A stretch of 63,914 nucleotides of DNA, the filler included, from Fonticula-like sp. SCN 57-25 (Eukaryota), in NCBI GenBank assembly GCA_001724245.1. It is 9 parts of 9 records of this genome, joined end to end, with 100 filler letters (N's around TTAATTAATTAA, not from the genome) between each part and the next. Parts side by side here need not be neighbours in the genome. Positions count along the whole stretch, not along the records: positions 54,083 to 63,914 come from MEDX01000706.1; 8 more parts are not named here. One strand, 5' to 3'. Shown here piece after piece: positions 56,022 to 63,914 of this stretch. The notes beneath the pieces were generated by a model. That model made no database searches. It was given only the letters and a program-made list of their open reading frames with translations, and had not been told where the DNA came from. Both the position numbers and the translations under genes were made by a program. How positions within the stretch are numbered: position 1 is the first letter of the stretch; each line of letters begins with the position of its first letter.

Positions 56022-57992
56022 ATGTTGACGCCGTCGGCGGATCCCGCGCGCGATGATGACGACGAATACGTGGGCGACAATGATGAGTCGCGCGATTTGA
56101 ACGACTCTATTGATGTGGACGAACCCACCGAGCTCTCCTCATCATCCTCGTCTTCCGATGGCAAGCGTCACATGATGCGCGACTTTTTGCGGGCCGTGAG
56201 CACCAAGCGATCCGTCGCGAGCATGATCGGCAACGTGCTCGAGTGGTTTGACTTTGCCGTGTTTAGCTCGTTCACGTACGAGATCGGCGTCGTGTTCTTT
56301 CCCGAGACGGATCCAATGTCGGCGGTCGTGCAGGCATTCGGCGTGTTTGGCGCGGCATTCCTGGCAAGGCCGCTCGGCGGATTCCTCTTTGGGTACGTCG
56401 GCGACAAGTATGGGCGCAAGGTGGCGCTCCTGTGGTCTGTCATCCTCATGGCAGGTACGATAGGCGGGGTAATGGGGTGGGAGTGGGTTCGGGGGTGGGA
56501 TGTTGCGTGCATGTGCATGGGTCGTGCGAATCTGGTTTGGTCCCATATATGGAACATACTTTTCTGATGATTCATGAGTTAATTGTGTCACTTTTGACCA
56601 CATTTTACCCACATTTTACTCATATTTGCATACTTTTTACTAACATTTACATGCTTTTCACCCACTTTCCTTCTTCCTTTCTCACTTTTCGCCCTTTTCT
56701 CACCCTCCTTTCTTCCAGCCTCCTCAGTTGCAATTGGCCTTTTACCCGGCTACGCCCACCTCGGCATGGCCGCCCCCATCCTCCTCACCCTCATCCGCCT
56801 CCTCCAAGGCGTCTCCGTCGGCGGCGAGTTCATCGGCTCCATCCTCTTTTCCGCCGAGACCGCCCCATCAGATCAGCGCGGTCTCTATGGATCACTCAGC
56901 ATGGCAAGTGCAGTGATGGGGACGGTGGTCGGGAATATGGTGAGTGCGGTGATTAGGAGTGTGTGGTCGGAGGAGGATGTGCTGGCGTTTGCGTGGCGGT
57001 TGCCGTTTTTGGGGGGGTGTTTGGTGGCATTCGTCGCTTTATGGATCAGGTGCGCGTGTGGAAGGGGGCAAGGAAGGGGGCGGAAAGGGAAGAGAAGGGG
57101 AGAAGAGAAGGGAAGAAGAGGGAGAGAATGGGAAAGTGAGTGTTTATTGTCATTGGTGATGTTGTAATATTGTGATGCATTGTGACACATTTGGTGCAAT
57201 TTGACACTTTTTGATGCATTTTTGTCACTTTTTGTCACCATTGATCCCATTCATACCCCATTGATATCCACTGTCTCATTGTCCTCCTTTCATACTTTTC
57301 ATATACTTTTCTTCTGTACTGACAATCAACAGGCGATCTATCCCCGAACATCCTTCACCCCCTTCCACTTCCACCTCCACTTCCACCTCTTCTAATCCAC
57401 TTCTGTCTTCTCTCCGCCACGAATGGCGCACCATCCTGCTCGTCGGCGGCGCCACCCTCTCCGTCAGCACATCCACGTGGCTCTCCGTCGCCTGGCTCCC
57501 CATCTTCTCCTCCTCCCTCTCCTCGCACCCGACCCCCTCCTCCTTTTGGGTATCCACCTCATGCCTCCTCCTCCAAATCCTCCTCATGCCGCTCTTTGGC
57601 GCCATTTCCGACCGGCCACGTGTCGGCCGCACCCGCACACTCCTTTTCGGCAACATTTTCTTTTTTTTATTCGTCATTCCCGCCATTTTCCTCATTTATT
57701 CGTCATTCCCGCCATTTTCCTCATCGACACTGGCAACATTTTCGCCGCCATCACCGGCTACCTCCTCATCGCCATAGGCGTAGGCTGCATGGGAGGCGTC
57801 ATGCCCACGTGGATGATCGAAGCGTTCCCCTCTGCTGGCACGCGCTTTTCCGGCATGGCCGTGGGGTACAATGTGGCGCAGGCGGTGTGTGGGGGGGCGG
57901 TGGGCGTGGCGGCGACGGCGATCGTGCGGGCGAGGCCGGATATGCCGTGGTTGGTGGGGGTGTATGGGGGGGGGTTGTCGTGCCTGCTGTAA
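56022..57992 (+). CDS. MFS metabolite:H+ symporter (ProP-like), multi-exon, with an apparent frameshift at 57667-57724
   Basis: IGNVLEWFDF, ARPLGGFLFGYVGDKYGRK, RLLQGVSVGGE, WRLPFL, EAFP...RFSG...YN. Confidence 0.85.
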
Positions 57993-58133
57993 TATGTGTT
58001 ATAGTAGGTGGGAAGAAGAAAAGGGGCGAAGAGTGGGTGAGGATGAAGGATATGGACTAGAAGTGTAATTGTATATGGAATAGAGTGTATTAATAGAAAG
58101 TCAAGGAAATGTGAATAGATACAATGTAGAGTG

Positions 58134-60227
58134 TTAGGCTTGGAGGTCAATTGGCATCGTTCCACTCCACTTTGCCACCCACGTGGCCTTATCGCGATCT
58201 GTTTCGATTCGCATTTGGCGAACTAGTGCGATGAACTTTACTGCGTCGGGTGCCTTTAAGGCTCCCTCGCTTGCCTTGACTACACGTGGCGGGAAAAGAG
58301 AACACAGTGCAGCGCCATGCCAGCCAGCAGAGGCTAGAGAAGAATATGGGGCACCCAACGAAGATATCCAGTTTGCAGTTTGCTCCACTGTCCATGACAA
58401 TACGCTGTCACGTGGCGGAGTGAATGCGCTGTCATCGCTCAGCTTGTAATGTGCGATATAGGCATGAAGTTGAAGAGCAGCAGCATCAGTAAAAGTGACG
58501 TCATAGTCAATGACGCTGTCCACGTTGAGCATCGTCAAGGTTGCGCCATCAACATCTTTCAATGAAGTTTGCAGTTTGCCCATGCCAATGTCACAGAGCC
58601 ATTCCTTGAAGGCGTCGCCACGAAGGTCCTCCAATCCCGAAGTGCTCAGACAGTCTGTCAAGCTGTCAAGTGTCTGCGTGCAAACATGAATAATACCAAG
58701 CAGTTCATTGTGGCGCTCCATCAGCTTAGTGAAATCACGTGATTGTACAATATACTCGGCAGTTTGCAGTTCCACAAGTGCCTGTTTCTCGCTTGCCACT
58801 AGACAAATGTTAGTTCTATATTTCAGTTGGATATGTACGCACATTTGACTTCAAGGTCGGCGATGGATCGCTTCAGTTCCTGTTCACGTGACATTTGCTG
58901 ACGTAATCCACTGTCTGCCTTGTCGATTGATGCTTGGATATCATTGGCCTGTGCCTGCGCCTCGGCCAGTCGCTCGCGAACGCATTCATGGGCGGGAAGT
59001 GTCACTTGAGGGGCAGCAGAGGGTGAAATATAAGGATCAGTTTGCCACATTTCCACGTGACCACTATCAAGACCAACGATAATGTTGCCAGATGCAGCGT
59101 GATACGACAACGAATACACCTGCATAGCAAATGGTGAGCGATATAAATAGACCAAGCGTGACACACCCCTCCACCACAATCGTAGTTTGCAGTTTGCACT
59201 CCATCAGAGGTGCGCCAAATGCGGAGTGATTTATCATCTGACCCAGTGATCACGTGCGACTCGTCGCGGAGAAAGGCGCCGCCATAGACATAATTCGTGT
59301 GCCCCTTGAGTGTCACGTGAGGAGTGGATGGCCTTGTGGTTCCCAATGGAACATTCCAGATGGAAGCAGTCTTGTCACCACTTGTGGCCAATAGCATGCG
59401 ACTAGAGGGACTGAAGCAGAGTGAAAAGATCTAGTAGCAATTATTAGAAATATGAATATCGAGGCGATTATCGTACATATGAAGAATGATGCTTGACATC
59501 AAATACTTGCGCCCACTTGCTAATGGTCAGTCCATAAATATACACGTGGCCATTATCGCAACCCGCGGCAAGAAGATTCCCATCGGGAGAAAAGGCAAGA
59601 CAGCGCACCTAGATAGTATCCGTCACTGTGAGCAATGGATGGAATCATTCGTATACGCACAGCCGCAGACAATCCAGTGAATGTTTGAATGACCGAATAG
59701 TTCTTTGATGGATCCAAAAGTGTCACTGCTTTATCATCTCCTCCGACGGCAACGATCCCACGAGGACTGAATGCGCATCCATACAACTAGACAGGAGATG
59801 AGCAAAGAAAGAGCAGCAAACATGATGCATACAGTCGTGTTGATCTTGTACACGGTCGAGTGCGCATTGTTGTTTGTGACTTGGATGACACTGCCACCAG
59901 TTGTCACTGCGACAAGACGCAACCCGTCGGGCGACCACGCAACATCCCACACCTTACATGATGGTCAGAAACAAAAGATGAACAAATGGGCACGTACACC
60001 ACCATCACACTGCGCGGTGTACATTTTAGTCTGCGAAGCGATATTGGTGATGCAAAGTGAGCAGCCAAGACTGCCAGTTGCGACCAAAGTGCCGTCGGAG
60101 GAAATCGCACACCCAAGCACCTGCAAACACAAACAGCATCAGACCAGCAGCACATCAAAAGCAAAGAAAGACGTACGAAATTCGTGTGCGGCTTCATAGC
60201 CGCCTTCTTGACCAGTTGATGCGCCAT
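58134..60227 (-). CDS. WD40, coiled-coil and tandem SAM-like protein, copy 1 (multi-exon)
   Basis: LATSGDKTASIWN, LKGHTNYV, ITGSDDKSLRIW; SAM-like EWLCDIGM..VDGATL and LSWTVEQTANWI..HGAAL. Confidence 0.7.
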
Positions 60228-61037
60228 TGCGTCCACCACTCTTCTCTTTACCTTTCTAAACGGCTACAATCACAGCAGCCACCCACTCACACACGGAAGA
60301 CACTCGATTGTGCGCTTTCGCCGCTGTAGCCTGCAAGGCAGCTGCAAAGTCGGCCACGTGGTGATGTAAATCATGTCACGTGATCTGATTTAAAGCGCAA
60401 ATCTGGATGCGATGGTGCGGCTTGGTGCCAGGATGGCGCACTGGAAGGCATGGTGATGTCGGACGCCAATGAAGAACATCAATGTGTGGTCAAACTGTTT
60501 CTCACTAGCCACTTTTATCTGTGACAATTAGACTGAGCTGACGGCGATCTCCGCTCTGGGATGCCCACCGACGATTGCAGCGCCGCTCATCCCGAGTCGA
60601 CAGCCCCTGCGATGTCCGTCGTCGCCACCGGCCGCCCACATGTTCAAGCACCGCGCGTCCTTCCCCGTGTACGAATGACGCCACGCATCACCAATGACAA
60701 CGACATCACGTCGAGCGTAGCCGCGCCTGACGGCATCTCGAGTGGAGTGGCGACTCGGCGGTGCTCGATGGGCCGCTCGTGATCGCCGTCGCGGCGGCAT
60801 CACCGAGACCCGCGCAAGAAATGGCCATAATATGATGCCGTCAACAAAGTGGCATGGACGGCAGAAAGAGTCGCATTTAACTTTATTACGAAAAGGGATG
60901 GCGAGAACTGTATCCACATGCTCTTTAAGGAGACTATCATGGAACGAGATAAGGAAAGACAAGATGTACTGAATGAAAAACTGGTAAAAGACACGTGAAT
61001 GTTATCAATCAACAAAAAAGAGGTAAAAAAAATAGTA

Positions 61038-63175
61038 TTAAGCTTGGAGATCAATCGGCATCGTTCCACTCCACTTTGCCACCCACTCGTCCTTATCGCC
61101 GTCCACCTCCTTTCGCATCTGACGAACTAGTCCAATGAACTTTGCCGCGTCAGAGGCCTTGAGCTTTCCCGCGCCGGCCTCAACAACACGTGGCGGCGAA
61201 AGTGAGCATAGGGCAGCACCGTGCCAGCCAGCAGAGGAAAGACAACCATATGGGGCACCAAGTGAAGCGATCCAGTTTGCAGTTTGCTTGACATCCTGCC
61301 ACGTGGCGGTGCAAATGCGCTGTCATTGCTCAGCTTGTAATGTGCAATATAGCCTCGCAGTTGAAGAGCGGCGGCATCAGCAAAGGTGACGTCATGCTCC
61401 ATGACGTCACTAACATGGAGCATTGTCAGTGTGTTGCCATCAATGTCCTTAAGGGCAGTTTGCAATTTGCTCATGCCAATGTCGCATAGCCATTCCTTAA
61501 AGGCGGCACTGCGGAGGTCCTCCAATCCAGATGTCTTGAGGCAATCTGTCAAGCTGTCAATTGTCTGCGTGCAAACATGAATGATGCCAAGTAGTTCATT
61601 ATGACGCTCCATCAGCTTAGTAAAATCACGTGATTGTGCAATATACTCGGCAGTTTGCAGGTCTAAAAGGGCCTTTTTCTCACTCGTCACTAGACTCATG
61701 TTAGTTATATAGTTACAAAATAGATATGTACGCACATTTTGCCTCAAGGTCGGCAATCGATCGCTTCAGTTCTTGCTCACGTGACATTTGATGACGTAAT
61801 CCACTGTCTGCCTTGTCAATTGATGCTTGAATATCATTGGCTTCTGCCTGCGCTTCCGCCAGACGCTCGCGGACGCACGCGTGATCAGGAAGGGCAGCTT
61901 GAGGGGCAGGTGCAATATAAGGATCAGTTTGCCATATTTCCACGTGACCATAAGTAAGACCAACAATAATGTTGCAAGACGCAGCATGATACGACAATGA
62001 CGTCACCTGCATAGCAAAATGGGTGAGTAATATAAAATAGTCAAAGCATGACACACCTGTCCACCACATTTGTAATTTGCAGTTTTCACTCGATTAGAGG
62101 TGCGCCAAATAAGCAGGGATTGATCAGGTGACCCTGTGATCACGTGCGACTCGTCGCCGAGGAAGGCGCCGCCTCTGACACCGCTCGTGTGTCCCTTGAG
62201 TGTCGCGTGAGGAGTGGATGACCACGTGGCATCCAATGGAACATTCCAGATGGAAGCAGTACCGTCACCACTTGTGGCCAATAGCATGCGACCAGAGGGA
62301 CTGAAACAGAGTGAAGTGATCTAGTTAAATTATAATAAGACAAGTATCCGTACTGACTTTAGTATTGACAAATATTTTATAGTGTGCGTGTGTCGTACCC
62401 AATTAGAATGATGCTTTAGAAGCGATACTCGTGCCCAATAGCCATTGGTCAGTCCATAAATGTAAATATTGGCATCATTACATCCCACGGCAAGAATATT
62501 CCCATCGGGGGAAAAAGCCAGACAGCGCACCTGAATAGTATCCAACACTGTGAGCAATGAAAGGTATCATTCATATACGCACATCATCAGACAATCCAGT
62601 CAATGTTTGAATAACTGAATAGTTCTTTGATGGATCCGAAAGTGTCACTGCTCGATCAGCTCCACCGACGGCAACGATCCCACTTGGACTGAACGCGCAT
62701 CCATACAACTAGACAAGGGGTGAGCAAAGAATGAGCGACAAGCACGATGCATACAGCCGCGCTGATCTTGTGCACCGTTGAGTGCGCATTGTTATTTGTG
62801 ACTTGGATGACACTGCCACTAGCTGTCACGGCAACAAGACGCGTCCCGTCGGGCGACCACGCGACACCCCACACCTTACACGATGGTCAGAAACAAAAGA
62901 TGAACAAATTGCCTGGGCACGTACTTGACCATCGCACTGCGCAGTGTACACTTTAGCCTGCGTGGCAATATTGGTAATGCAGAGTGTCTTGTCATCACTG
63001 CCAGTTGCGACCAAAGTGCCGTCGGGGGAAAACGGACACATATTCACCTGCAAATACAAAAATCAGCATCAGTTCAGCAGCACTGTCAGCACAGAAAAAG
63101 CGAACAAAGACGTACGAATGTCGTGTGTGGCTTAATAGCCGCCTTCTTGATCAGTTGATGCGCGGCATGCGCCAT
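61038..63175 (-). pseudogene. WD40-SAM paralog, copy 2, with a 13-bp deletion near 61295 that frameshifts the second SAM domain
   Basis: Colinear with copy 1; 24 bp in copy 1 correspond to 11 bp here. Confidence 0.6.
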
Positions 63176-63815
63176 TGCGTCCACCACTCTTCTCTTGCCC
63201 TTTCTACAAGGCCACAATCACACTATCACAGCAGCCACCCACTCACACGCGGAAGACACTCGATTGTGCGCTTTCGCCGCTGCAAGGCAGCTGCAAAGTC
63301 GGCCACGTGGTTATGTAAACCATGTCACGTGATTTGTTTCAAGGCGCCCAGCGCTTGCCACTGAGGTCTGGATGCGGTCTGTTTGCGATGGTGCCGAGAT
63401 GGTGCACGGGCAGGCATTGTGATGTCGGACGCCATTGAAGGGCGTCATTGTGTGGCCAAACTGACTTTCACTAGCCACTTGCATCTGTGACAATTATGGT
63501 GATCTGACGGTGATCGCTCCAGGATGCCCACTGATGATTGCAGCGCCGCTCATCCCGAGTCGACCGCCCCTGCCATGTCCATCGTCGCCACCTGCCGCCC
63601 ACATGTTCAAGCACCGCGCGTCGTTCCCCGCGTACAAATGACGCCACGCATCACAACCAACGACGACATCACGTCGAGGGTGGCTGCGCTGGACGACATC
63701 ACGAGTGGGTCGGAGGTGCTCGATGGGCCGCTCGTGATCGCCGTCGCGCGCGGCAACACCGAGACCCGCGCAAGAAATGGCCATCATATGATGCCGTCAA
63801 CAAAGTGAAGATGTA

Positions 63816-63914
63816 TGGCGCCATTTCCGACCGGCCACGTGTCGGCCGCACCCGCACACTCCTTTTCGGCAACATTTTCTTTTTTTTATTCGTCATTCCC
63901 GCCATTTTCCTCAT
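63816..63914 (+). repeat. Exact 99-bp copy of 57597-57695 at the window end
   Basis: Identical tggcgccatttccgaccggcc...cattttcctcat. Confidence 0.92.

Larger units (their letters stand above)
58134..63807. repeat. Diverged tandem duplication, ~2.9-kb unit (58134-~60850 and 61038-63807)
   Basis: Exons, introns and ~600 bp of upstream DNA align with many substitutions. Confidence 0.9.

Overview
This window is not one locus. It is nine unrelated contigs of about 6.3-9.8 kb, joined by eight artificial 100-nt spacers (N44-TTAATTAATTAA-N44), so gene neighbourhoods across spacers mean nothing. Almost all of it is compact, intron-containing DNA from microbial eukaryotes, apparently several organisms. 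Contig 1 (1-7229): GPN2, PAM16, SFT2-like, sphingoid-base phosphate phosphatase and a GIT-like ankyrin/SHD protein. Contig 2 (7330-14442): a ~5.7 kb block flanked by diverged inverted repeats with telomere-like motifs, holding an orphan ORF, a broken transposase-like ORF and an intact ET-type GIY-YIG nuclease, followed by a LINE 3' end. Contig 3 (14543-21241): the left part of a Polinton/Maverick, with a hairpin-rich AGTAGT terminus, a 1576-aa pPolB (vOTU, zinc fingers, Vsr-like insert) and an rve integrase. Contig 4 (21342-27899): Sola1/DUF7869-like transposase, HIRAN protein, orphan gene and Crinkler-like fragment. Contig 5 (28000-34515): cyclase-RGS protein, secreted cyanophycinase and Ty3/Gypsy pol. 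Contig 6 (34616-41079): MBL hydrolase, phosphomutase, a capping-enzyme homolog lacking its catalytic lysine fused to a SMAP-like tail, and an SRPK end. Contig 7 (41180-47588): a betaproteobacterial sdhD/sdhA scrap joined to eukaryotic F-box-cyclophilin, rhomboid-MORN, RCHY1, TPR and Kelch genes. Contig 8 (47689-53982): CRT-like transporter, GATA-PHD, sirtuin with His-to-Phe change, Q/N-rich protein and papain-family end. Contig 9 (54083-63914): Flightless-like LRR, ProP-like MFS and a tandem-duplicated WD40-SAM gene. All calls come from motif recognition by eye. No searches were run, and exon boundaries are approximate.
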